From Amoebidium appalachense (lineage: Eukaryota > Protista > Ichthyosporea), in assembly GCA_963693365.1 (NCBI GenBank), contig CAVNZM010000005.1, positions 5,649,167 to 5,713,166 of the forward strand: a stretch of DNA of 64,000 nt, written 5' to 3'. Numbering within the stretch: the stretch's first letter is position 1; each line of letters opens with the position of its first letter. Below are positions 36,188 through 60,356 of the stretch, piece after piece. The translations under genes were made by a program, and so were the position numbers. The notes beneath the pieces are model-generated. The model saw only the letters and a list, made by a program, of their open reading frames with translations, was not told the origin of the DNA and made no database searches.

Positions 36188-37190
36188 AAACCCCCCTTCA
36201 AGAAACAGAGTTTGTTCCCGTATAAATGACCCGGTGGGGTCGAAACTTCGCAAGAGCGAAGTAAACATATATAGTTTTCAAAGCCCCGCGGCTGGGTATA
36301 GGTTGTATATGGGCTTTGCGGCGCAGCGAGGGCGTGCTGGCACACTAGGTTGGATATCGACAACCCATAGAATGATCAATGCTTGCAATCGACTGATTGA
36401 TGTAAGTGTGCTGCCTTGCAATATGTTACCTCATAATGAGCTTCTGAACAGCGTTTCATCTATTGAGTAAAGATGAAGGTCGACCAGTTTCAATGCTTTA
36501 CACCCCTCGAAGACTGAAAACCAATGGTTGTTACACAAAGGAAAACCATATATGGTGTTTAGACGTAGCCTTTTTTGGCTCTTGTAAACAAAGCAACGCA
36601 CCGTGGCCCCTTGAAAGAGCTGCACGTAGATCATCTTCCCATACCCGTGATTGAATTGCACCGTTATATTGTCACTTCTCCTTGATATATACCAGTAGTT
36701 GGTGTCTCTTACAATGCACACAAAGAATGGACGGGGGCATGGAACTTGGTGATGGCAGTGGTGCGGGGTTCGAAGCAGGGGCACTTGACTCGGATTTCTT
36801 TGACAATATTTTTCCCGACGATAGCACACAGAGTGATGCAGAAGACAGTGAGGCTACAGAGGATACCGCTCTCTCAGGGAAATGGCGTATTTTTGACTCC
36901 AAGCAAGTAGACATAACACTCAAAGCAGACGATATTGAAAACAGGCTCCTATAGACACGTTCAGGCGCAAGTCCAGTAATCCAAACGCCAAATCCTGCTT
37001 CGATATATAGCACACGAACAAGGATATCAAAACACCTGAACACTGGGCAGCCTCGAGCCTGAGTAGACACGGTGGTCGCAGTGTGAAATGATTGGTTAAG
37101 TTAGAGTCACGTCACTTGCAGGCTTTGCTGTTGCCAAAGAGTTCTTCTTGTGTTTTTTCCTTCACCTCCCCCCCCCCCCTTTTTTTTTGG

Positions 37191-37286
<96 letters not shown>

Positions 37287-37960
37287 TGGTGGTGTATGAT
37301 GGTGGTGGTGGTGGGGGGGGGGGGGGGGGAGGGGGGGGAGGGGCTCGGGAGGGGGGGGGGGGGGGGATTACCTATGATATCCAAGTTAACCGTTAGAGGG
37401 ACTGATGTAATTTCAAGTGTAAGACACTTAATAGTTCAAATTTCGTGGTCTTCTACTACTGTAAATATATTCTTGTGTTGCTAAGATCAGAGTGTACCAG
37501 TATCACAGTTATTTTTCGGAACATTATGTAAAACTTTGTTTAGACATTTTGAAGGAGCTTCAAGCTGAGTTACTGTATTATTGAATAAGAATTTCGTTTG
37601 AACGTGAAATTGGAAGTGTACGCAAACCTGCATGTCCGACCATTTATTATGGCAGTCTACAAATTTGGACACTTGTTCACTATATAATACATCATGGGAA
37701 AGAACAAGCAAAACATGCAGCCCGCCTGGCTGAGTATGTGCATACGTTTGCCCACCCCTCCCCCCCCCCCCTCCCCCCCCCCCCCCCCTCCCCTCTCCTC
37801 CTCCTCCCTCCCTCTCTCTAATAACAACAACAACATCCGCCTGACCACACACACACGCACACGCGCTACTGCCATCACCCAACCGTGCCAGTAACCACCG
37901 AACACACACACACACACACAACACACTGTTACACACACACACATTTACACACACACACTG

Positions 37961-38067
<107 letters not shown>

Positions 38068-38269
38068 CACACACGCACACACAGCACACACACACACAAA
38101 CGCACACGCGCAAACACACACACACAGGCACACACACACATACATGTATACACACACACCCGGCCGTGCACACACATACACACACACATACACACACACA
38201 CATCCACACACACACATACACACACACACACACACGCACTACACACACACCGTTGCACACACACAGACA

Positions 38270-38326
<57 letters not shown>

Positions 38327-38331
38327 ACACA

Positions 38332-38375
<44 letters not shown>

Positions 38376-38535
38376 ACACCGGTGCACACACATGCACATA
38401 TGCACACACACACACACACACACAGTGCCACACACAATGTTCACCATAATGACACACACATCATAGCCGCACACACACACACACGCTTACACATACGTTC
38501 TCCGAACACACACACACACACACGCGCGCACACAT

Positions 38536-38628
<93 letters not shown>

Positions 38629-38657
38629 CGCACACCGTACACACATGTGCACACCGC

Positions 38658-38691
<34 letters not shown>

Positions 38692-38943
38692 CACACATAC
38701 ACCCACCCACCCGGCACCCACCCACCCACCCACCCACCCACCCACCCACCCACTCACACACATGCGCGCACACACACACCTACAGACACGCTATTCATTT
38801 GGCAGGCACTATGACATGCCGGCATTAAAAGCCCTCGCACGCTGCACGTGTCACTTAGTCACTAATTATTAGTATGATATGTCGGATCACGTGGCCCCCG
38901 GCTGGCGCGGCCGCGATCATGGATGTGAGTCGCGAAGTCGCGA

Positions 38944-39186
38944 ATTGATTCACATTGTTTTCAGATTGATTCACATTGTTTGGAGCTCGCACCACCTCTC
39001 GAACGTCTCTAAGTAACATGAAAAATATAGACATAAACACCCCAAAAAAATTATATGGGCGTTTTTTTGACTACCAAAACTAAGTTTTTGCCTAAGTAAC
39101 ATGTGTTTTTTGACCACAGGGTAAAAATTGAGAAGCGCCACAAAATTGATTCACATTCAATGTGAATCATCCGGACTACAGTGGGG
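38944..39186. mobile_element. Probable transposon end: two ATTGATTCACATTGTTT half-sites (21-bp period), two CTAAGTAACATG motifs and a full palindrome at 39147-39169
   Basis: Same motif as 36100-36187; flanks of the 36100 and 39147 palindromes also match in inverted orientation. Confidence 0.55.
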
Positions 39187-39654
39187 AGAGCGCGTTCCTG
39201 ACCGCCGCCTACAGCAGTGTATGATCTGTTATCCATATTCGGCAAAAGGGGTCTTTCCCAACCAATGGCTTGAATCCTTGTAACTTTGCTTTATCCATAT
39301 AAGGTTAGCTGAACACCCCCCCCCAATCATACCCCCCCTTCTCTCTAGTAGTAGCGGGCCGTTTTTTGGGCCAAGGTGGCAAGGTCGGGTAATCCAGGTA
39401 AACCTGCGATCCGATTCGAAGGTTAGGCGATCAATCCCACAAATCGGATGTTGGACTTTGCGATAAGCGGAGGCCTTTGTAGGCCTTGCAAGTGCACGAA
39501 AAGAGAAAAAAAGATAAAAAGGTCCCGAAGTTTTCCTGAACAACAGCGATGGTGGCCTGTTTCACCCGACAAGGAAGCGCAATACTTTTAGGTGCACTCG
39601 AAACACCGTTGGTTCGTTATTCTTTTACATGTCCCTCTTTCGCTTGGCTTTAGA

Positions 39655-41387
39655 ATGGAACCGGAGACAGCCATGGCGGAGGTACTCTCACGACTGGACC
39701 AGTGTAAAGATGCTTTCACTAAGGCTAAAGAGAGGCATACACAGTCGGCAGAGGTGCTAGCAAAGAGATGCGCCGAGTTGCACGCACAATTACACGAAAT
39801 TGAGGCTGAGCTTTATAAGGAGCGCACCCAGGTTTCGTACATCCAGAAACAGATTGAAATCATTCAGAAGGACGTTCAGGAGGCCCTAAAGACACCCCTG
39901 CTTACTCCACCAAGACCCTTTGATCTTCTCCCAACAGAGGTCTTGACTCGCATTTTTTCCTACCTTAATTCGGTGAGTGATCGATGCAACGTTTCGCTCG
40001 TGTGCCACCGCTTTCGCAGCTTGGTCCGCTCGCCCATGTCACGGCCGTGTGTCGCACGTTTGAGGCATAACTACAAACCTTCACGAGACGTCCCCGGCGT
40101 CATCGCTTGGCGCATGTGCGTCACATCACTGCACACGGATGAGCACGAGTTTCCTCTTTCCTGCGTCGCCCTGTTTCCAAATTTGGAGAAGCTGGTGATG
40201 AGTTACGCAAAGATTGAAGATCTTTCCCCGCTGGCTAACAACACGAAACTCCGTCATGTCGAGCTCGATCTTTTCCCATTGCAGACAGAGAGTTTGAGGT
40301 TAGTTTGGCGCCACTGGCATCATGCGCCGCCACGCTCACACGGTTACGGTTAACGTCATCCAGCATCTCAGACTTGGACAAGCTAATTCCCATTGATGTT
40401 CCCCACTTTCCCCACGTTACCCACCTCCAGGTTTCGTGTTTGTCGGGGGGGTTCGCCGACATGGTAGCGGAAAGCAAAAAACTGAACGAGTTGCGAATCA
40501 ACAGCGTGTGGTGGGATTGTGTTGGCGCCGTCGGAGAGTGCCAATCGCTGGAAAAACTCATTATTGGTAAAGTCAAGCCAGAAACGGACAATCTGTCGCA
40601 GCTGCACACGTGCGCGAACCTGCGCGTTTTGGAGGTTCTGGGTGGAACGCTGGCGACGGTTTCTGAGCCAGGCTACCCGCTAGAAACCATCACCAGATTG
40701 GTGTTGAACGATGCGGTTATGTTTTACGACGAATTTTTAACCGAAAGCCTGCCCGCGTTGAAGGAGTTCGTGTTGCGTGATTCAAACGAACCGAACATGT
40801 GTTTCCTTTCCGAGTCGAGCACGATTGAGAGAGTGCAGGTTTCGAACAGCAATCTCGGCGAGATTTTGCTGTGGTTGTGCCCCCCTTCCTTGAGAGTTTT
40901 GGAGTTGGAGGGCAGTAGACCCTCGTCAATTTCGAGTTGGGACAGACCAAACCTTCTTTCGGATATTTCCGCCCTGGCATCGTGCCCGGATCTCGAGACA
41001 GTTAATATATCCTACTCCCCGCATCTCGTCGACATCTCGCCCATGGCCCAATGCCGCAAATTGAGAAAAGTGAACATTTACGCGTGCAACAAGGTGGTGT
41101 CTTTCGAGGCCTTCCGCGGGCACGAGTCGTTGCGCGAGTTTATTTTTGTGGACGCACCGATGTTGTCTTTCGAGGCCTTCCGCGGGCACGAGTCGTTGCA
41201 CGAGTTTATTTTTGTGGACGCACCGATGTTGCCAGATGAACCTTTGGTACAGGAGAACGCGGAACCTTTTGTGTATGATGTTACACCGTTTTCCACCTGC
41301 CCAAACATTGAGAACGTGGAGCTTATTGTTAAGATGGATGTGATTGGCCAGGAGACGCTGGAACGCACACCAAATTCCAAACGGTAA
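39655..41387 (+). CDS. Coiled-coil + F-box + LRR protein, intronless, one frameshift near 40271-40292; in-frame 66-bp LRR duplication at 41098-41229
   Basis: F-box FDLLPTEVLTRIFSYLNSVSDRCNVSLVCHRF; PSRDVPG..AW.MC shared with the 12702 paralogue; LRRs DISALASCPDLETVNI and DISPMAQCRKLRKVNI. Confidence 0.85.
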
Positions 41388-42282
41388 TTTCACTCCCCCC
41401 CCCCCCCCCCCCCCCCCTCCCCCCCCCCCCCCCTCCATGTTGTTGTGGTTTGGTTTTTGGTCTTTATGTTTTTTCAATGCCGTTGCTCCCATGGTTTTTT
41501 TCCACCCTTCAGAGCACCCGTCCTCCCCCTCCCCCCTCCCCTCCCCCCCGGTGCTCTCTCCCCCTCTCTCCCTCTCCCCTTCCTCCCTCCCTCCCTCCCT
41601 CTCCTTCCTTCCCCCCTTCCCCCCTTGCCCTCTCCCCTTTTTCTCACTTCTCTCCTTTTGTGCGTTATTCTAACATTATGATACCCCCCCCCCCCCCCCC
41701 CCGGCCTCTTCCGCTACCGTTGCATGTTATGTGACCTTGCCTGTGTTTCCCACCCCTTAATCACGCGCGATCTCCCCCTCCCCTCCTTCCCCCCCTCCCC
41801 CCGTCCCCCCATACACACACCCTCGGCTGGTTGCCCAAAAACACACATTGAAGAGTTCTGTGCTTTATAATCGCGCGCGCGCACACGCGCACACTCACTT
41901 GTTCACCCATTAACGCACACACACGCACATACACACACACGCGCACACACACACATGCAGGCACACACGTGCACACACGCACACGGTGACGCACACACTC
42001 GCACAAACGCACACCACACACACAAATACACACACACACACGTGGCCTTTTCCTGGTCTTAGTTGCTGCTCTCTGCTTCTAAACCCCCACAACTCCCTGC
42101 TAACTATTGACTCTCTGCCCTTTCTACACATCCCACCCGGACTTCACATACAACTGCAAACAATCGCACACCCAGACACACAGACGGGTACACACACACA
42201 CTGTGACATGCACACACACGCACGCACACACGCGCACAGCAGCACACACACACACACGCACACACACACGCACACACGCATG

Positions 42283-42321
<39 letters not shown>

Positions 42322-42359
42322 CCACAAGCAAGCACGCAAAAAGCCTTTGTGGAGGCATA

Positions 42360-42510
42360 GGGACCCCCCTGATGATGGGCTCTGTTCAAGTGTCTTCTGC
42401 CTGAATGCTTAAATTGTTTGATTTTGGATTTCCCACCTTTGTGACGCTTTGTTGTTGCTCTTTGTTGTCTCCTCCATATTTCCAACCCGCTAACACATAC
42501 ATCACCCCCC
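42360..42510 (+). repeat. Diverged 3' fragment of the structured repeat family
   Basis: CCCTGATGATGGGCTCTG and terminal CCAACCC.CTAAC.CATACATCACCCC shared with 2057-2085. Confidence 0.6.
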
Positions 42511-43138
42511 CCTCCCCCCACTCTCTGGCCTCCCTCCCTTTCTCTCTTCCATACGTCACCTGCAGGGTTCTGAACGTCTACAAGCGTTGATGATACGATC
42601 GGTCCCTTTGTGAGTGATTCATGGAAGGTAAGTCCATGTCCCCCTTAGACTATTGGTGTATGGTGTATGTTTCCCAATACACGCACACATACAGAGAATT
42701 CAAGCCATAGTGCATTTCCACATGAAAGTTATTGAAATGTGTTGATGTGTGCATATGTGCATGTGTGTATATATGTGTACTTCTGCGTGTGTGAGTGTGT
42801 ACGTGTTTGCGTGCGTGCACACATGTGTGTGTGGGTGTGGGTGTGTGTGTGAGGGGGGGGGGGGGGGGGGGGGGGGAGGGGGTTGGATTTGTGTGTGTGT
42901 GTGTGTGTATGTGTGTGCGTGCGTCCGTGTGTGTGTGTGTGTGTGTGAGTGGGTGGGTGGGTGGGTGGGTGGGTGAATTTGTGTGTGTGCGGCGTAAGTG
43001 TGTGGGTGAATGTGTGTGTGTGTGCGTGCGCATGCACATACCCGTGTGGCACTCTTGCCAATGTGCATGAGATCCAGCAGCATGCTTACGAGTGCTTGGT
43101 GTCTTTTTCTGTTTGCTCATTTTTGTTTGCACATGTAG

Positions 43139-43215
<77 letters not shown>

Positions 43216-44369
43216 AACTGCACGTGCATGGGGTGTGTTTGGATGCAAATGTATAGTCAATGTGTATGTATGTATGTATGGGTTTTTAGGATGTGTGTGA
43301 GTATGATATGTAAAGGATGTTTTTGTGTGTGGTGGGGTGTGCACATGTACAGAATGCATGTCTGGTTGTATAGGTATTGCCTAAGTTATTGTGCGTGTTT
43401 GGTTGCTCGTGTATAAGTACTGTGTGTGTTTGGTATATGGGCACTGTGGCACAAACACTAACGCATGGGTCCTTACTTTGCCTATTTGGGTGCAGGTGGT
43501 TTCGGTGGTGAGCATGCAGCAAAAGCCCTGGCCTGCCCGGCTCCTTCCCTTTTTCCTTTCCCTCTCTTTCTTTCTTGTTTCTTTCTTCATTCTCTTTGTT
43601 TTGTATTTTTTCTTCTTCTTCTTTTTTTTTCTTTTCTCTTTTCTTTCTTTCTTTTTTGCGTGTGTATTGGCCCGTGTGTGCTTAGGTCCTTGCGTTTTAA
43701 TTTGTTTATTTGTTTATTTATTTATTTTTCATTTTATTTATTTTCTTTTGGGGGGGGGGGGGGGGGGGGGGGGGGATTAGTACAGTTGTAGAAAAGGTGG
43801 ACTGAGTGATGACTTTGCTGTACATGTGCATGCTGTTTGTTCGTTGTAACGTCCCCTAGAAGATCACCCGGTTGTTATGAATTGAATATTTGAAAACTTT
43901 CGGATTTTCAGGTGCGGCTAGATAATTATTGGTGGGACTTCATACCGTACGTGTTTCTCATTTTACCAAATAGCACAGCACCGGCTGGTTTCTTTTAAAT
44001 AGTTGGTGGATACAGTCAAGTCATGCTGTATTGGTGGTTATGAGAAAAAATTCGACTTTATGGGTTTTTGCGACAGTGCAAGTGAAACTGCGAAGAAAAA
44101 TTCAAACCGAGGTATTCAAGCTTTTGCGTGTGCGGCCTTTTATGCCTGCCCACATTCACGTGATACGAGATGTGTGCGAATGGGTGTGCACAAATTATGT
44201 AGGTGATCATATGCTCACTGTGATGAATAATAAACGATGGTGTGGCCGTGTGGATGTGTTGTGTGTGTCTGTGGTATGTGAGCAAGTGTGTGCGCATGCT
44301 TGTATTCGTGTGTTCGATGGTGGTGGTGGTGATGGTGGTGTGTGTTTTTGTGTACTTTTTTTTTTTTTT

Positions 44370-44451
<82 letters not shown>

Positions 44452-44968
44452 ACGTGGATGCTCATGCACACGTACGACGTGGGTTACCATGTGCCACACG
44501 TACGCTATGGCCACACGCGTGTGCCTGCGTTCTTTTCCCATGTACGTGTTTCCCCCCCCCCCCCCCCCACAAAACCAGAACACTTTACACATACACAAGA
44601 CACCAAGTTATGTAGGCATATTTTGTGGGTACGGAAGTGAGAACTACGAAAACAGTGATGCAAAGATATTCACGGTGGATACTCACGGATCATTCTGCGT
44701 GTTGGGTCACTGATCCAACACATTCATACGTCAAATTTACCGAAATATACAACGGCACACCTCCATATTCCCTTGCATGTTTACATAATTTCTGAAACAA
44801 CCGTTACTACGAAAAAATCACTATGCATGCTCTCAAAAAAAAAGAAGCGTGGTTTCTAAATATTAAATTACATTCACATGTATACCTGCGTCCCGATCAG
44901 TGACACGATTGGCACCCTCTCATCAAGAAAGTCTAAGCAAAAGAAGAAGTATAGAGAGGGGCGGGAAT

Positions 44969-45120
<152 letters not shown>

Positions 45121-45146
45121 GCATGTGGAAGGGAGGGAGAGAGGGA

Positions 45147-45177
<31 letters not shown>

Positions 45178-45601
45178 CGACCTTCTGATATTTTCAGTGT
45201 GCTACATGAGAGACTGGGCAAGTGTGTGTGCAAGTGTGTGTGCAATTGTTTGTGCAAGTGTGTTTTCGTGCATGGTGTGGGTATGTGGTGCCTCCGTACA
45301 TTTCGTATTTCTGGGGTTGCTCGAGTAATTTAACTGTAAACGAATAGATCTAAGCAGGCCAATGCCGAGTTTCTTGCATTCTAACTCAACCAATCAGACG
45401 AGTCCTTCATTCCCAATGCTCTATACAAAACCCACACAAGCCTTGAGAGATCGTAACGACCGAAACATGAAAACGAGGTGGTGGAGGGGGAGGAGAATGA
45501 AGGAAATTGAAAGGGAGATAGAGAGAGAGAGAGTAGGGGTGAGAACGGAGAGAGAAAAGGGGGGGGGGGGGGGGGGGGGGATGAGGGGAGAGTGGGAAAG
45601 A

Positions 45602-45634
<33 letters not shown>

Positions 45635-45719
45635 TGAAAGAGAGGGTAGGTGTAAGAGGACGGGGACCAGAGAGAGGGAGAGAGAGAGAGAGAAAATAAG
45701 GGAGAGAGTAAAAGAGAGA

Positions 45720-45777
<58 letters not shown>

Positions 45778-45958
45778 TGCACGTGTGCGTGCGTGTGTGT
45801 GTGTGTGTGCACGCACGCACACATGTGCATGTGCGCGTGGGTGTGTGTGTGCACGTGCATGCGCGCAGGCGTGTGTGTAAGTTTGTGGGGGTGTGTATAT
45901 CTGTGCGCATGTGCACGTGCCTCACAAGTGTAAAAACCCACGATACACCCCCACCAGC

Positions 45959-56659
<10,701 letters not shown>

Positions 56660-58070
56660 GTTTTCACTTTCTGCCAAAAAAAAATGTTGTCGCTTCACTG
56701 AGCTCAAACTAAGGTGAAACCGTTCTTATGGTGATTACCACAAACCTATCTCCCTTATGCCTCCATGCTCTCCTTCATTTGGCATCCTTTCTTCTCGCTT
56801 CGTTTTTTTTTTCCCCACATCCTCTCGAGTCTCTCTCTCCCTCCCTTCTCGCGAGTCTCTTATGAGCTCTTTCGACAAGTTCTGGAAAGAGTTGGTGTGC
56901 CGTGCTCGCATGCCGTGCGTCCGTTATTTCCCATGGTGCATTTTTAGCCAATCATCATTTACCGTGTGTTTGTGTCTGCCAATCAAATCGATCAAAGGGT
57001 TTGAGTGTGCACCACGGCCATCTCTGTTCGAAAGGTCCCCAGGCCCTAAACCCAGGCACCGCGCCGAAACGAGAAGAAACGTGAAACAGTATCAGTGAGT
57101 GGGTTTGTGTGTGTGTGTGGGGGGTGGGTGGGGGGGGGGGGGGGGAAGGGGGGGGGAAGGGTTGCAGTGCGTGTGAAACGGTCTTTGTGTACTTGTGTGT
57201 GGTGAACGAATAGTGTTCGTGGGATCGCAATTGTGGTTCAATTGTGGTTCGCCCATGGGCCATCCAGGGCCATAGAAACTGCAGGTTAGCAATAGAGAGG
57301 TTAGGGTTGGTTTTGGTGATTGGTGATGATGGTGGTGGTGGTGGCGGGAGGGCAAGTCTTGAAAAGGAGCAGGATAGGGGAGGGGAGGTGGGGAGGTGGC
57401 GGGATGGGTGGCGAGAGAGACCTCGAGAGAAGGGGGAGGAGGGTGGGACGCATCTGTGGGTGGGACGTGGTGATGGGATTAGATGAAACACACGAGCGAG
57501 CGAGAGAACCTGAAATAAACGGGAGGTGACCCCATATGATAGGCCGCGCACTGGGGAGTGGGTGTGGGCTTTTTTGGGCAGGAGGAGGGGGGGCGGGAGG
57601 AGGGGGGAGGGGGGGGGGGGGGGAGAGGGGGAGGGGGCTGCGTACTTACGGGAAGATGGCGAGGCTACATCCTATAGTTACAAAGTGCTAGGATCTTTTT
57701 AGAAAACCGATTCAATTTGTGGCAAATCAAGTGAAGTCCAAAACGATGACCAGAATTTATCATTCATAATTACATTTATTATCATTCTTTGGCGGGAGAT
57801 CAGCAGGGCCGGCCCTCTACTAGCACATCATATGCTAGCCAATGCCCAAATGGCTTAGTGGGGTCTCTGCAGATTACTTCACTTCGAAACAGGCTAAATA
57901 TATAGCTATATAGCATTTTCTCTCAGCATCAAATGTTGGTGGAACACCACCATCTCCTTTGTTTACTTTTGGTCTTGGCAACGGTTTTAAGAGTCTGACG
58001 TTGCCAATTGGCTTAGTATTATTACCTAAGTTCTTGTCTCCATTGGTTTCTTTTATGCCGCCTGTGGTGT

Positions 58071-58559
58071 TTATGTACACGGTCTACGTTTCACCATCAG
58101 ATCTTTCTTTTCTGTCAGCTGCATCTCTGCCCGAAGCCTCTCAAACTTGCTCTCCTTCTTCCTTCTGTCGACTTGTGGCGAGAGAGAAAATTCCCGCGAC
58201 TCTTCCCCTTTTCCGCACTTAAGATGTGAATTAATAACTATTACCTCGGGCACAAAGTGAACCATTTTGACCACGTGCGGCGATGCTCCGGACGCGTCGT
58301 AATAAACTGAACTATCACTGTCTGACTTATAATAGGGTTCCCCGTAATCCTCGTCGCATGAAATGGCATGCTTCAGGGGGGTTCTTTTGGGGAGAGAAGG
58401 GTTCTGTGAGTGTGTCCGGCGGGTAATGAAGGGGGTCTGTGCGGGGTTCTTGGGCCGCTTTTGAAATTTCGAGCATGTCTTTTGGAGGGACACGACAGTG
58501 GCATCCACTGCGTCCAAGACGGCCTCCACCGACTGAAGAACGACACCTCTGCGTGGCAT
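58071..58559 (-). CDS. Hypothetical protein (162 aa; may extend to 57874 through a frameshift)
   Basis: ATG-initiated high-complexity ORF; contains KMVHF (RVxF-like). No recognisable domain. Confidence 0.4.
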   Translation of the reverse strand: MPRRGVVLQSVEAVLDAVDATVVSLQKTCSKFQKRPKNPAQTPFITRRTHSQNPSLPKRTPLKHAISCDEDYGEPYYKSDSDSSVYYDASGASPHVVKMVHFVPEVIVINSHLKCGKGEESREFSLSPQVDRRKKESKFERLRAEMQLTEKKDLMVKRRPCT

Positions 58560-59691
58560 GTTTGAAAAGAACCGACGGGGTGTGATGGGTTTTTAAGTTT
58601 AGTTATAGGTAGCCTATGGTCGCCTATGCTGGGCTTGGATATTGTATTTTTGTTACTTTATGTGCACGGTTGTTGGGTTTCTTTGCAGGCAAACCACTAC
58701 AACTCAGCAAGTATATGTTTGTCCTCGTAGTGTTGTTTGTAGATCTAGATGTCCATGGGCAGGAACTTTCTTGTGCTTGTGCGAAGCTTGTGCGTTTAAT
58801 TTCCTAGCTTTCTCTGCTGGCGACGGTAAAGCAAATCCATTCAATATTGACGTTAAAGTCTGCAGACGTAAACTTGGTGTTTGCACATGTTCTCGTTTTA
58901 CTGTTGAATGTTGAACAGCCGAACAGCTGACTGTATTTGTTGTGGTCAGGCGTTGGTTCGACAACTTACCCCTTTAGTTCGACAACTTACCAAATTAGTC
59001 AATTTTGTAAATGAAATATTCGGTGTTAGTGATTGGTTGAATGGACATTTGCAAAATCACGGATTGTGCCAAAACGTAATTTGATTGGCGGTAACGATAC
59101 CAAGATTGTCCAAGTTGACAAGAATAAATGACTTGTCCATGATAGCACAATCTATGTACGTACATAGATACAACTGCTCCACTTACTAAAAACTTCACTT
59201 GAACTCTGGAGATTTGTTAACATGTTTTATTACGTGAACGACTTTCAAAGTCACGGCAGGTGTATCATCACTGCCCAAGCATCATATACGAAGCAGGGCC
59301 AGAAATTACAGTGCCACTTGGACCTATAAAAACACCACCTGAACCCCGAAAAAAGCCACATGGAGCGCCAGGTCCACTGAACTCATGGCTAGTGGACCTA
59401 AATACTATAAAATATATATATATATCCCAGTTGAGTGGAAGTGGAACACAGGCAAAGTTGCCAAAATACATATGCGCCACCTTTCCGAACAAGCCACCAC
59501 TCCTAAAACATAATTCAACCCCTGATACAAAGGACCTAAAGGTGGTTTGAGGAGCCAATAGTAATGAGCGCTTACATTTCTCGTACATTTTTCTATTAGA
59601 TCTCAGATTCTCATTCCAAACGCCATGCGTACAGTGCGTGGTAACTTATTGTAGTCGACGTTTGTGCCTCACGCGCCACAACGGCTGTGTG

Positions 59692-59744
<53 letters not shown>

Positions 59745-60033
59745 ACATGCGTGTGTGTGCGTGCGTGCGTGTGTGCGCCTGCGTGCGTGTGTGCGTGTAG
59801 ACGCGTGTGTGCGTCTCTGTGTGTGCACGTGTGTGTGTGTGCGTGCGTGTGTGTGCGCGATTGCGTGTGCGTGTGTGCATATTATGTGTGCGTGTGCCAG
59901 TACCTGCATGTGTGGGAGTGCGTGAGCGTGGGTGCGAATGTGTATACACGTGTGTAACAACGTGTGTGTGTACATGTGTGTACATTCGTTCACTTGTGTG
60001 TGTGTGTGTGTGTGCCCGTGTGTGTGTGTGTGC

Positions 60034-60112
<79 letters not shown>

Positions 60113-60237
60113 TGTGTGTATGTGTGTGCCCGTGTGTGCTTATGTGGGTGTGCGCCTGTGTGTGTGTGGTGTACGGCGATCTCTTGTAAATTGCCAACGG
60201 CTACATCAACATGCCTAATTTATTACCACGCACGCAC

Positions 60238-60356
<119 letters not shown>

